The position numbers and the translations under genes were made by a program. The notes under the pieces were generated by a model, which was not told the DNA's origin, searched no databases, and was given only the letters and a program-made list of their open reading frames with translations. A DNA stretch of 64,000 nt from an uncultured Gammaproteobacteria bacterium (GTDB taxonomy: Bacteria; Patescibacteriota; Patescibacteriia; UBA11705; JABHMO01): NCBI GenBank assembly GCA_964486065.1, contig CAZAKN010000002.1:93452-157451 (forward strand), written 5' to 3'. Positions 1-10,266 of the stretch are shown here, one piece after another (position 1 is the first letter of the stretch; the number at the start of each line of letters is the position of its first letter).

Positions 1-1614
1 TAAATTATTTTGAAATGATGTGGTAATGTGTCTTTCTTCTTTTAAAGCGTTCAAATATTCAACTTCATCCGTAACCCAAGTTTCCACATTATCTTTTATG
101 TCTGAAGCTAAAATCGGTGATTTTTCAAAATCAACACCTTTAACTTCTTGACCTTTTTTAAATATAACTTCTTTTGTTTGAGGATGTTTCAAATCAGTCA
201 AAACTTTGTGCTTAACCACGAAATACGGAGTTTCCAAAAATCCGAATTCGTTTACTCGTGAATAACTGGCGAAATGCCCCACCAAACCGATGTTCGGACC
301 TTCCGGCGTGGCAATCGGACAAATTCTGCCGTAATGAGTGGTATGCACATCACGAACTTCAAAGCCGGCTCTTTCACGAGACAAACCACCCGGCCCCAAA
401 GCAGAGATTCTTCTTCTATGTTCCAGTTCGGATAATGGATTGATCTGATCCATGAACTGCGACAATTGAGAACTCATGAAAAATTCTCTGACCACACCGA
501 TAACCGGACGAGCGTTAATCAATTTTGACGGCGTTAAAGTAGTTGGATCCATAGTACTCATGCGATCCTTGACGATTCTTTCCATACGCGCCAAACCGAT
601 ACGAAATTTATTTTGGATCAATTCTCCGATGGCGCGGATTCTTCTATTTCCCAAATGATCAATATCATCCGCCATTTCTTGAGTAATATTCAGCCTGATG
701 ATTTCCTTAATAACATTAACAACATCTTCCAATTTTAGGACGCGATTTTCTTCCGACAGTTCAAATTTTTGATTAAATTTTTGATTTAACTTGTAACGAC
801 CGACTTTGCCGAAATCATAACGATCAAAATTGAAAAACATGGCGAAAATCAGAGATTTTGCATTATCGGCCGTGGCCAAATCACCGGGGCGAATTCTTTT
901 GTAAACTTCAATCAAGCCATCATCTTGGTTGGCGGCCACATCTTTTTTCAAAGTTGATTCAATAAATTTAATATCCGGATGAGTATCAACATCATTAAAT
1001 AATTTTTTAATTTCTTCCGCGGTATCCACGCCGAACGCTCGCAATAATGAAGTCGCCGCAACCTTTCTTTTACGATCAATTTTTACCCAAATTACATTAT
1101 TGGCATCTGTTTCAAATTCCAGCCAAGCTCCGCGGTTGGGAATAATTTTCGCTCCGTAAAAAATACGATTTTTCTCACGCATAAAATCCGAAGTAAAAAA
1201 TACTCCGGCTGATCTGATAATTTGCGAAACAATAACTCTTTCAATTCCATTAATAATGAATGTTCCGCGATCGGTCATGAGAGGGAAATCTCCCAAATAT
1301 ATTTCTTGAACTTCTTTTTTCTTGGTTTTGGTATTAACCAAAGTGGCCTCAACACGCAAAGGCGCTTCATAAGTTATATTTTTCTCCTTACTGGTTACTT
1401 CATCAAATTTAGGTTCATCCAAAAAGTACTTTTTAAAGGATAATTCCAAACCCTTGTCTGAAATATCAATAATCGGTGAAAGCTCATGGAATAATTCTTC
1501 CAAGCCGGTTTTAATAAACCAATCATATGAATCTTTTTGTACCTCAATTAAATCGGGCAAAGCCATTTGGTATGACTTGGTAAAAAACTTGCGTTCGGTT
1601 TTAATATTTGACAT
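1..1614 (-). CDS. rpoB: RNA polymerase beta subunit, N-terminal part (runs off the left edge)
   Basis: Manual translation from ATG 1614: MSNIKTERKFF..LPDLIEVQKDSY..GDFPLMTDRGTFIINGIERVIVSQ..DDIDHLGNRRIR..SHYGRICPIATPEGPNIGL; absent from the ORF track because it is truncated. Confidence 0.97.
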   Translation of the reverse strand, partial: MSNIKTERKFFTKSYQMALPDLIEVQKDSYDWFIKTGLEELFHELSPIIDISDKGLELSFKKYFLDEPKFDEVTSKEKNITYEAPLRVEATLVNTKTKKKEVQEIYLGDFPLMTDRGTFIINGIERVIVSQIIRSAGVFFTSDFMREKNRIFYGAKIIPNRGAWLEFETDANNVIWVKIDRKRKVAATSLLRAFGVDTAEEIKKLFNDVDTHPDIKFIESTLKKDVAANQDDGLIEVYKRIRPGDLATADNAKSLIFAMFFNFDRYDFGKVGRYKLNQKFNQKFELSEENRVLKLEDVVNVIKEIIRLNITQEMADDIDHLGNRRIRAIGELIQNKFRIGLARMERIVKDRMSTMDPTTLTPSKLINARPVIGVVREFFMSSQLSQFMDQINPLSELEHRRRISALGPGGLSRERAGFEVRDVHTTHYGRICPIATPEGPNIGLVGHFASYSRVNEFGFLETPYFVVKHKVLTDLKHPQTKEVIFKKGQEVKGVDFEKSPILASDIKDNVETWVTDEVEYLNALKEERHITTSFQNNL

Positions 1615-1779
1615 AAAAAATACGCCCCCCTCCCTTGGGAGAAGCGGGGTTTTTATATTATTTAATTGAATTAGCTTGGAAGAAGCCCTCAAACATTAGT
1701 AATTTTTAAAACCTAGACTTCCGAACACAAGATCGAGAAGCTAAGTTTTCCCGAGGGATTATGAAGCTTAAGTGCCTTT

Positions 1780-1808
1780 ATTCTAGCAAAATTAGCCAAA
1801 TAGGTCAA
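1780..1808 (-). promoter_or_regulatory. sigma70-type promoter of rpoB
   Basis: TTGACC-N17-TAGAAT with extended TG on the minus strand. Confidence 0.7.
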
Positions 1809-1905
1809 TACTCGGGACAAATCAACATATTGACAAATATTTTTGTCTAATTTAAGTCAAAAACACACAGTTATCCACAGTTTGAAAAAAAATAAAAAAT
1901 TTGCT

Positions 1906-3237
1906 TTACAGTTCTGTTTCCTTATTTTTCTTAATATACTCTTTAACAATTCGTCTATCATCCCAAGGAATATACTTTCCGCCGGCAACGGCCATGGCTT
2001 GCTCAGCTCCTTTACCGGTAATCATTACCAAATCGTCCACATCCGCCAAATCCATAGCTCGCCGAATTGCTTCAGCACGATCCATAATGCAAAATAAGTT
2101 TTTTTCCTTAATTTTACCCGCATTTTCAGCGCCTTCAGCCACTTGTTCAATAATTCTCCAAGGATCATCGTCATACGGGTCTTCATTGGTCACGATTACC
2201 ATATCAGCATTTTTTGCCACAATTTTACCTAAAACAGGGCGTCTTGCAACATCTCTGCCACCACCGCCAGATCCCAAAACATGAATAATCTTATTGATAG
2301 GCATTTCCTGATTGTTTTTTAATAAATTTACGGTTTCATATAATTTTTCCATTCCAGCCGGTTCGTGAGCATAATCAACCAAAACTTTCAACTTATCAGT
2401 CTGAATAAGTTCCATTCGCCCCGGCACGCTTTCCAATTCCGCGAAAGCTTTGGCAACTTGCGGCATGGCGATTCCTTCCCGCTCAGCAATGATGATTGCC
2501 GGTAAAGAATTTTCCACATTAAAAGCGCCCATAATCGGCAAATGAAATTTCGTTCCTCCATAAACAAACGAACATCCATCCAAGCCAACTTTAACATCCT
2601 GAGCACAAACGGCTTCCGAACAATTCTTTACCGAAAAATAGATTTTTTGATCCAAAACAAAAGAAGCAAAATATTTCGCGTATTCACTATCAGCATTATA
2701 AATTCCGACTTTTTCTATTTTTTTATTATCAATCGTTTTGCGTGGTAAAGTGGCGGTTCTTTTAAATAATTTTCCTTTGGCTTTTTTGTAATTTTCAAAG
2801 CCGCCATGAGCCTCAATATGCTCGGGCGTCAAATTGGTAAAAACCAAATAATCATAATTTATGCCCCAATGCCGAAATTGTTCAATGCCTTGCGACGAAG
2901 TTTCAATAACCGCGTAACGGCAACCCGCTTTAAACATTCGCGATAAAAGCTTTTGCAATTGGAATCGGCCGAGCATGGTCATTTTTTTATCATTTAACCA
3001 TTCACGACCGGCGATTTGAAATTTAACCGTTGAAGTTGATCCGACTTTAAAGCCACCCCCCGCCAAAGCTTTGGCGATAAATTCCACAGTAGTGGATTTA
3101 CCATTAGTACCGGTAACTCCGACTATAATCATTTTTTCACTCGGATATCCGTAAACAAAAGCCGCCAGCATGGCCAAAGTTTTATGGTAAGCGGATAGTG
3201 CGATTTCGGGAATAAATTTTTTGATTAAATTTTTCAT
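1906..3237 (-). CDS. murE: UDP-N-acetylmuramoyl-tripeptide synthetase (Mur ligase)
   Basis: GVTGTNGKSTT P-loop, FTNLTPEH, VPGRME, DYAH, EDPY; start moved to MKNLIKK at 3237. Confidence 0.85.
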   Translation of the reverse strand: MKNLIKKFIPEIALSAYHKTLAMLAAFVYGYPSEKMIIVGVTGTNGKSTTVEFIAKALAGGGFKVGSTSTVKFQIAGREWLNDKKMTMLGRFQLQKLLSRMFKAGCRYAVIETSSQGIEQFRHWGINYDYLVFTNLTPEHIEAHGGFENYKKAKGKLFKRTATLPRKTIDNKKIEKVGIYNADSEYAKYFASFVLDQKIYFSVKNCSEAVCAQDVKVGLDGCSFVYGGTKFHLPIMGAFNVENSLPAIIIAEREGIAMPQVAKAFAELESVPGRMELIQTDKLKVLVDYAHEPAGMEKLYETVNLLKNNQEMPINKIIHVLGSGGGGRDVARRPVLGKIVAKNADMVIVTNEDPYDDDPWRIIEQVAEGAENAGKIKEKNLFCIMDRAEAIRRAMDLADVDDLVMITGKGAEQAMAVAGGKYIPWDDRRIVKEYIKKNKETEL

Positions 3238-3355
3238 AATTTGCCACTTTATCAATTCATAATGATTATAGCAATAATTGAATATTTTTTGAAAATTCTC
3301 GGCGATTGACATACATGCTATAATAACCTAATATACATAATTCAAAGTAAAAAAT

Positions 3356-3682
3356 ATGGACGACAGAATGAGCCAAATTAACAGCTTGCTAATGCAGGCG
3401 CTTTCGGAAATCTTCATTGAAAAAATGGAAATTCCTTTTGATTTCTTTATTACCGTGACCAAAGCGCAAAGCGCGCGTGATTTAAAAAGCGCCAAAATTT
3501 ATTTAAGTGTTCTTCCTTTTAATAAATCCAAAGAAGGCATGGCTTGGATCATAAACCGCCGTAAAATAATTCAGGAATATTTGGGCAAACAAATCAACCT
3601 GAAATATACTCCCAAACTGACTTTTCTACACGATGATTCCGAAGAAAACGCCAGTCGTATTTATGAAATAATGGACAAGTAA
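3356..3682 (+). CDS. rbfA: Ribosome-binding factor A
   Basis: ITVT..SARDLKSAKIYLS..KYTPKLTF..D pattern; 108 aa. Confidence 0.9.
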   Translation: MDDRMSQINSLLMQALSEIFIEKMEIPFDFFITVTKAQSARDLKSAKIYLSVLPFNKSKEGMAWIINRRKIIQEYLGKQINLKYTPKLTFLHDDSEENASRIYEIMDK

Positions 3683-3683
3683 A

Positions 3684-4613
3684 ATGCCTTGCCGAATATT
3701 TGATTTAATTAAAAACAGTACAAAAATATTACTGATCAGTCATGTCAACCCTGATGGAGACACTTTGGGAGCGGCAGGAGCTTTCTGGCATTATGGAAAA
3801 GAAAATGATAAACAAGTTGATTTTTTTTGTTTACATGAAGTCCCGAAAATTTTTGAATATTTAGGCTTTAAAAAAACTATAACCAAAGAAAGCCTTGAAC
3901 TTAATAATTATGATTTGGTGATAATTCTTGACAATGCCAATATTAAACGCACCGGAATTCCGGAAAAAATAAAGAATTGTAAAGTTCCTTTGGTCAACAT
4001 TGATCATCATAATACCAATCTGGGCTTCGGAACTTACAATTTGATCAAAGCCGATTATTCTTCCACCTGTGAAATAGTTTATGAACTTTTTAACAATTGT
4101 CGCGAAAATTTTTCTCCGCAAAGCGCCACTTGCCTTTTGACGGGGATCTTAACCGACACAGACAATTTCACTAACGCAGCGACTCGTAATGAAGCCGTGG
4201 CTGCTGCCGCGGATTTGATTAAAAACGGCGCTGACATAAAAAAAGCCAATCAAAATATTTGGAAAATACAAACCGCCGACACGCTGAAAATTTGGGGGAA
4301 AATTTTGGCTAATTTGCATTTCTTGCCCGAAGAAAAAATCGTCATGGCGGTTCTAACCGAAGAGGATTTGGCCAATCCCGATGCCGTTGACGGCGTAGCC
4401 AACTTTTTAACAAAACTTTACGAAGCCAATATTATCTGGGTAGTGCAACAACATGCCAATAATATAATCAAATGCAGTTTGCGTACCACAAAAGACAATA
4501 TTGATGTTTCCGCCATTGCTAAAAATTTCGATGGTGGAGGTCATCAAAAAGCGGCCGGCTTTTCTTTCCCCGGAACTTTGAAAAAAATAGCTGGGAAATG
4601 GCATATTATTTAA
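3684..4613 (+). CDS. nrnA: DHH/DHHA1 phosphoesterase (NrnA-like oligoribonuclease)
   Basis: HVNPDGD, IDHH, TDT, GGGHQKAAG motifs; follows rbfA. Confidence 0.85.
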   Translation: MPCRIFDLIKNSTKILLISHVNPDGDTLGAAGAFWHYGKENDKQVDFFCLHEVPKIFEYLGFKKTITKESLELNNYDLVIILDNANIKRTGIPEKIKNCKVPLVNIDHHNTNLGFGTYNLIKADYSSTCEIVYELFNNCRENFSPQSATCLLTGILTDTDNFTNAATRNEAVAAAADLIKNGADIKKANQNIWKIQTADTLKIWGKILANLHFLPEEKIVMAVLTEEDLANPDAVDGVANFLTKLYEANIIWVVQQHANNIIKCSLRTTKDNIDVSAIAKNFDGGGHQKAAGFSFPGTLKKIAGKWHII

Positions 4614-4734
4614 CATGAGACAAGAAACATATTTCAAGCTTTGCTTCCGCTCGCCTCGCGCAGTTTTAATGGCCAATAGTACTTGCCTCTTTTTATTTAA
4701 TTAAATAAAGATGAATGTTTTATCTTGTTAATCT

Positions 4735-4761
4735 AAAAGCCCCGCCTTTGGCGGGGCTTTT
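4735..4761. terminator. Bidirectional intrinsic terminator
   Basis: AAAAGCCCCGCC-TTT-GGCGGGGCTTTT between convergent nrnA and gyrA. Confidence 0.85.
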
Positions 4762-4772
4762 TATTCAAGCTT

Positions 4773-7352
4773 TTATTTTTTTTCCGGTTTGGATTTTAAA
4801 GTCGCTTTCTCCCTTTTTTCCACTTCCTCTTTTATTTCTTCAATTTTTTCTTCCGCTTGACTACCAAGTAAAGTAACGGAAGCAATCTTATCACCCGATA
4901 CTTTAAAACGCATAACTCGCACACCTTGAGTATCTCTGCCCAAAACCGGAATTGATTTAAACGGCAACCGAATAACTTGCCCTTTAACGGAAATTATCAT
5001 CAAATCTTTATCATCGGATTCCTTGGCATTTACTACAAAAGATTTTACCACCTTGCCGGTTTTGGAAGTAACTTTTTGGGTACGAATTCCGGAACCGCCA
5101 CGATTCTGCACTTTGTAATGCTTAATTTCACTTCGCTTACCAAAACCTTCTTCGGTAATTACGGCTATTTGCAAATCAGCCACTTTTTTCGGATCAACTT
5201 TACTCATGCTTATCAAAACATCTTCATTGCGCAATTTAATGCCACGAACTCCGGAAGCCGGTCTACCCATCGGTCGGACCTTTGATTCTTCAAAACGAAT
5301 TGATTGCCCCAAACGAGAAACCAACTCAATCTCATTTTTTCCATCGGTCGGAGCCACCCATTCCAGACGATCTTCATCTCGCAATTTAATCGCGATCAAA
5401 CCGGAACGACGAACATTTTTAAAATCTTCAATCGGCACCTTTTTAACCACTCCTTTTACCGTGGCCATGAATAAATATTTTATTCCTTCTTTTTCATGCA
5501 ATGGCAAAATGGATGAAACTTTTTCATTGGGTGCCAATTGTAAAAAGTTAACAATGGAACTTCCCTTGGCTGTCCGACTGCTTTCCGGAATATCATAAGC
5601 TTTCAATTTAAACACACGACCGCGCGTAGTGAAGAACAAAAGTTCATCATGAGTCATGGGAGCAAGAAGATGCGCCACCACATCTTCTTCCTTGGTGGTC
5701 AAACCGATTACTCCTTTTCCACCACGATGTTGAGATTTGAAAGTATCTGGCGGTAATCTCTTTATATATCCGTCTTTGGTGAAAAACACCACGGTCGGTT
5801 CATTGGGCACCAAGTCTTCTTGCGAAAACTCACCCACCGGAGAAGAAATAATTTTGGTTCTTCTTTCATCTCCGTATTTTTCTTTAATGGCATCCAATTC
5901 GTCTTTAATAACTCCCAAAATTTTCTTTTTGCTGGCCAAAAGAGCTTTCAACTCTTTGATTAACTTCATTTTTTCTTTAAGCTCATCTTCAATTTTCTGT
6001 CTTTCCATATTGGCCAAACTGGACAAACGCATTTCCAAAATGGCCGAAGCCTGTATTTCCGTAAACTTAAATTTCTTCATCAAATTTTGTCTCGCGATGT
6101 CTTTGGTTTTGGACGCTTTAATGGTTTTGATAACCGCGTCAATTTTATCCAAAGCCATTTTCAATCCTTGTAAAATATGAGCTCTTTCTTCGGCTTTGCG
6201 CAAATCATGCTCCGCGCGACGACGCACCACCTCTTGACGATGTTTCAAATAATAACCAAGCATTTCATGCAAAGTCAAAACTTGTGGCTGAATTCCGTCA
6301 ACCAGAGCCAACATGTTAACATCAAAATTTGATTGTAACTGCGTCAACTTAAATAAACGATTTAAAACTTTTTTCGGATATGCGTCTTTTTTAAGTTCAA
6401 TCACTACTCTCACTCCATCCTTGTCCGATTCATCGCGCACATCTTTTATTCCATCAATTTTTTTAGTTTTAACCAATTCGGCAATCTTTTCCAAAAGACT
6501 GGCTTTGTTTAACAAATACGGAACTTCGGTTACCACGATTTTAAATTGATTATTTTTTTCTTCCTGAATATCCGTCTTTGCCCGCATCACTACTTTTCCT
6601 TTTCCCGATGTATAAGCCTTGTCAATTTCAGTTTTATCGTAAATAATTCCGCCGGTCGGGAAATCAGGTCCAGGAATAAATTTCAACAACTCTTCAGAAG
6701 TGGCTTCCGGGTTTTCTATTAAATATTGAATACCTTCACACAATTCACCCAAATTATGAGGCGGGATTTTTGTAGCCATTCCCACGGCAATACCCATAGT
6801 TCCGTTTAATAGCAAATTGGGTAGTTTTGCGGGCAGAACAGCAGGTTCTTTTTGCGTGCCATCATAATTTGGAATAAAATCAACGGTTTCTTTTTCCAAA
6901 TCATAAAGCAATTCCTCGGCGATAGATCTCAATTTAGCTTCCGTGTAACGCATGGCGGCTGCACCATCTCCATCCATTGATCCGAAGTTACCTTGTCCGT
7001 GAACCAAAGTATAACGCATGGAAAAATCTTGAGCCATTCTCACCATACTGTCATAAACCGCGGAATCACCGTGAGGATGATATTTACCAAGCACTTCACC
7101 GACTACAGTGGCGGATTTTCTGAATTTCGCATTAGCCTTCAAGCCTATGTTCCACATGGCATATAAAATACGACGATGAACCGGCTTCATTCCATCACGC
7201 ACATCGGGCAAAGCTCTGGTTACGATCACACTCATGGCATAATCAATATAACTACTCTCCATCTCATTAATAATAGAAACATCATCAACTCTACTTAAAG
7301 TCGGTTCTTCAATCGGTAGCTCCTCTTTTTTTTCGTTTTTTTTCTTTGACAT
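4773..7352 (-). CDS. gyrA: DNA gyrase subunit A
   Basis: [29 protein letters not shown], GyrA-box QHRGGKG. Confidence 0.98.
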   Translation of the reverse strand: MSKKKNEKKEELPIEEPTLSRVDDVSIINEMESSYIDYAMSVIVTRALPDVRDGMKPVHRRILYAMWNIGLKANAKFRKSATVVGEVLGKYHPHGDSAVYDSMVRMAQDFSMRYTLVHGQGNFGSMDGDGAAAMRYTEAKLRSIAEELLYDLEKETVDFIPNYDGTQKEPAVLPAKLPNLLLNGTMGIAVGMATKIPPHNLGELCEGIQYLIENPEATSEELLKFIPGPDFPTGGIIYDKTEIDKAYTSGKGKVVMRAKTDIQEEKNNQFKIVVTEVPYLLNKASLLEKIAELVKTKKIDGIKDVRDESDKDGVRVVIELKKDAYPKKVLNRLFKLTQLQSNFDVNMLALVDGIQPQVLTLHEMLGYYLKHRQEVVRRRAEHDLRKAEERAHILQGLKMALDKIDAVIKTIKASKTKDIARQNLMKKFKFTEIQASAILEMRLSSLANMERQKIEDELKEKMKLIKELKALLASKKKILGVIKDELDAIKEKYGDERRTKIISSPVGEFSQEDLVPNEPTVVFFTKDGYIKRLPPDTFKSQHRGGKGVIGLTTKEEDVVAHLLAPMTHDELLFFTTRGRVFKLKAYDIPESSRTAKGSSIVNFLQLAPNEKVSSILPLHEKEGIKYLFMATVKGVVKKVPIEDFKNVRRSGLIAIKLRDEDRLEWVAPTDGKNEIELVSRLGQSIRFEESKVRPMGRPASGVRGIKLRNEDVLISMSKVDPKKVADLQIAVITEEGFGKRSEIKHYKVQNRGGSGIRTQKVTSKTGKVVKSFVVNAKESDDKDLMIISVKGQVIRLPFKSIPVLGRDTQGVRVMRFKVSGDKIASVTLLGSQAEEKIEEIKEEVEKREKATLKSKPEKK

Positions 7353-7488
7353 ATATTTATTAACGGAAAATATTTTGACTTAGACTTTTTATATTAGTAA
7401 ATCATTAATGTAAATATCTTTTTATATCAAAATTTTGGCAATGCGATCTTATCTTGAAAATTTTAAACGCGTGATCCGCGAACAATAT

Positions 7489-7719
7489 TTACTCTTCCTC
7501 TTCTTCCTTGTTCAACGCTTCTTGCATTTGCCCGGCAGCTTGATTCATTTGTTCAACCAATCCTTCCACTGTTTGACTTTTATCGGCCTGCTTGTCCATT
7601 TCCGTAAAACTGTATTTTAATGAATAAATCCAACCCCCGAAAATTATGACCGCTGCAATAATGACACAAATCCAAAGCAACAAATATCTTGAATCGTTCT
7701 TTTTATTTTTTCCCTCCAT
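7489..7719 (-). CDS. Small single-pass membrane hypothetical protein
   Basis: One hydrophobic helix plus an acidic tail; co-oriented between the MBL gene and gyrA. Confidence 0.7.
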   Translation of the reverse strand: MEGKNKKNDSRYLLLWICVIIAAVIIFGGWIYSLKYSFTEMDKQADKSQTVEGLVEQMNQAAGQMQEALNKEEEEE

Positions 7720-7743
7720 AATATTTCAATATTATTTATTTTT

Positions 7744-8394
7744 TTACTCAAAAACCACTAACTGCGTTTCCTCTTGAGGCAAATCTTTTTTCGCCACTTT
7801 TAACTTAGCGATTTTTTCAGCTTTCAGACCAACTTGTTTAATGAATTTATCAACACCTTCGATATCATATTTCAACCCTTTTACTTTGTAATGCATGGGA
7901 ATAACTATTCTCGGCTCCAACTGTCGCACCACTTCCGCCGCTTCTTTGGCGTCAATCGTATATTTTCCACCGACCGGAATTAACAAAATATCAATATCAC
8001 CGATCGCGCCGAGTTGCGCGTCTGACAATTTGGTTCCCAAATCTCCCAAATGCAAAACTTTCATGCCTCCCATGTCAATCTTAAACATATTGGACTTGCC
8101 CCGTTCTTCTCCTTCTTGTTTATCATGATAAGAACCAATCCCAGTCAAAAAAACACCAGCTGACTCATACTCTCCGGGACGGTCAAACACCATCACCTTT
8201 TCATTAACCGGCAATATGTCGGTCGAATTATTATGATCTTCATGATCATGGCTCACGGTTACGATATCCGCGCGAGTTTTCGGTAAACGCAACCCGCAAG
8301 ATTTATCATAAGGATCGGTAACCACGCTCACGGCATTGTTTTCAACTTTTTCTTCCAGCTTAAAACAGGAATGCCCCAAATGCGTAATATTCAT
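7744..8394 (-). CDS. MBL-fold metallo-hydrolase
   Basis: LGHSCF, SHDHEDH, HLGDLG, IPMHY. Confidence 0.9.
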   Translation of the reverse strand: MNITHLGHSCFKLEEKVENNAVSVVTDPYDKSCGLRLPKTRADIVTVSHDHEDHNNSTDILPVNEKVMVFDRPGEYESAGVFLTGIGSYHDKQEGEERGKSNMFKIDMGGMKVLHLGDLGTKLSDAQLGAIGDIDILLIPVGGKYTIDAKEAAEVVRQLEPRIVIPMHYKVKGLKYDIEGVDKFIKQVGLKAEKIAKLKVAKKDLPQEETQLVVFE

Positions 8395-8585
8395 AATTTT
8401 TAAATTAATATTCAAATAGTTAACAAAATAATTTTATCACCTTTTAATATTTACAGCAAACCGAAAAACCTCGCAAATCGCAAAAATAAAGCTCTCAAGC
8501 TGATTTATGAAATTTTTGATTTATAAACAACTTAGCGTCACGCTAGATCATAGCAGAGAAGCCGATTTTAAGCCTCACCGATCAC

Positions 8586-8613
8586 TTGACAAATACATAA
8601 ATTACTTTAGAAT
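8586..8613 (+). promoter_or_regulatory. sigma70-type promoter of rpsA
   Basis: TTGACA-N16-TAGAAT. Confidence 0.65.
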
Positions 8614-8741
8614 ATAACTACCGTTCAAATTTAAACAATCAGCTCGCTAACCCAAATAATAATAATTAAACGGTAAGCTGACTTGAGAAAGTCCACACCG
8701 GTGGATTTTTTTGATAAATTTGACCAGAAAGGAATAAATAC

Positions 8742-9947
8742 ATGACTAAACAAAATGATAAATCGGAAATGCAAAAGCTTTTGGATCAAGACAAAACTTT
8801 TGATAATTTCCCGCAGGTCGGAGAATTGATCAAAGGTACGGTGATTTCCGCGTCTAAAAAGGAAGTGCTTTTGGATATCAACGGTACCATGACCGGCTTG
8901 GTTCGCAATCGGGAACTTTATAATGAATCCGATGAATTTAACAATTTACAACCAGGAGAAGAAGTTGAAGCCACGGTAATGGAATTGGAAAACGAAAGAG
9001 GTATGTTGGAATTGTCTTTCCGTTACGCCGGACATCAAAAAACTTGGGCATCATTGAATGAGTATAAAGTTAGCGACGATAAAGTTTCCGTTAAAATCAC
9101 TGACGCGAATAAAGGAGGTCTTTTAATAACTTTAAACGGAGTATCAGGATTTTTGCCGGTTTCTCAATTAAGTCCAGAATATTATCCGCGTATCCAGGGT
9201 GGTGATAAAAATAAAATTTTGGAAAAATTGAAAAGTTATGTCGGACAAACTTTTGAAGTGAAAGTTATTGATGTTGATGAAGATTCCGAAAAATTGATTG
9301 TTTCCGAAAAAGCCGCTTGGGAAGAAACGCAAAAGCATATTTTGGATCAATACAAAGTCGGTGATGTGGTTGAAGGTAAAATCACCGCTGTTACCGATTT
9401 CGGCGTATTCGTGGAATTCGGAGAAAACCTGGAAGGACTTATCCATATTTCCGAGTTGGCTTGGCAACGCATTGACGATCCGAAAGAGCTCTACAAAGTC
9501 GGCGATGATATCAAGGCGGAAATCGTAAAAATAGATGGTTCAAAAATATTTTTATCAAGTAAAAATCTGGTGGAAGATCCTTGGAAAAATATTGAAGAAA
9601 GATATAAAGTAGATGACACGGTGGAGGGGAAAGTATTGAAAGCCACTCCGTTCGGCCTGTTCGTGGAACTTGATGACGACATTCACGGCTTAGCGCATAT
9701 TTCCGAACTTTCGGAAAAAAATATTGATTCTACCGACAGCGTAGCCAAACCGGGAGACTTGATGAAGTTCAAAATCGTTTCCATTGAACCGAAAGAACAT
9801 CGCTTAGGTTTGAGCATCAAAGCTTTTTCCGATAAAAAAACTGCTGACAAACCAACAGATACAAATGAAAAAGACCAATCGAAAAAAACAGACGCCGAAG
9901 AACCGACCGAGAAAGAAGATACAAAAGAAACCATTGAAAAGGAATAA
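8742..9947 (+). CDS. rpsA: 30S ribosomal protein S1 (4 S1 domains)
   Basis: Repeated S1 motifs (DFGVFVE..EGLIHISEL, FGLFVEL..GLAHISEL). Confidence 0.93.
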   Translation: MTKQNDKSEMQKLLDQDKTFDNFPQVGELIKGTVISASKKEVLLDINGTMTGLVRNRELYNESDEFNNLQPGEEVEATVMELENERGMLELSFRYAGHQKTWASLNEYKVSDDKVSVKITDANKGGLLITLNGVSGFLPVSQLSPEYYPRIQGGDKNKILEKLKSYVGQTFEVKVIDVDEDSEKLIVSEKAAWEETQKHILDQYKVGDVVEGKITAVTDFGVFVEFGENLEGLIHISELAWQRIDDPKELYKVGDDIKAEIVKIDGSKIFLSSKNLVEDPWKNIEERYKVDDTVEGKVLKATPFGLFVELDDDIHGLAHISELSEKNIDSTDSVAKPGDLMKFKIVSIEPKEHRLGLSIKAFSDKKTADKPTDTNEKDQSKKTDAEEPTEKEDTKETIEKE

Positions 9948-9961
9948 ATAGCATGCCATTC

Positions 9962-10007
9962 AATAAAAGCAAAAAGCCCCGCCATGGCGGGGCTTTTTGC
10001 TTTTATT
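9962..10007. terminator. Perfect 46-bp palindromic terminator after rpsA
   Basis: AATAAAAGCAAAAAGCCCCGCCA|TGGCGGGGCTTTTTGCTTTTATT. Confidence 0.85.
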
Positions 10008-10085
10008 CTTAAAATATGGAAATTTTCTCTTGCTTGTCAAAGCCAAATAAAATTGCTAAACTAAATTTGCAAATTAATAATTAAT

Positions 10086-10257
10086 GAGAAGCGCAGAAAG
10101 CACGGGTGGATTGGAAAAGTTACTGTTTTAAATAAATTTCATACTTCATATAGCGGCTTATTTAGCTAAAATTACTTTTAAAATCTTTATCTAAATCACG
10201 GATTTGTTTTTTACTGTAAACGAAAACCATCCAAGCTGCTCGGATTTTCGGCTTCAA
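10086..10257 (+). ncRNA. Candidate 6S RNA-like rod upstream of rny
   Basis: Closing pairs GAAGC(10088)/GCTTC(10251) and GGGTGG/CCATCC; ~170 nt; promoter TTGTCA-N17-TAAACT at 10034-10062; ssrS-rny synteny is known in several phyla. Confidence 0.45.
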
Positions 10258-10266
10258 TTAACCAAT

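Noticed and set aside
258-1669. Short plus-strand ORFs here and similar antisense ORFs across the window
   Set aside because: Shadow frames of rpoB and other well-supported genes
8685-8696. GAGAAAGTCC resembling the RNase P conserved region
   Set aside because: No room or partner motifs; it is the arm of the rpsA leader hairpin
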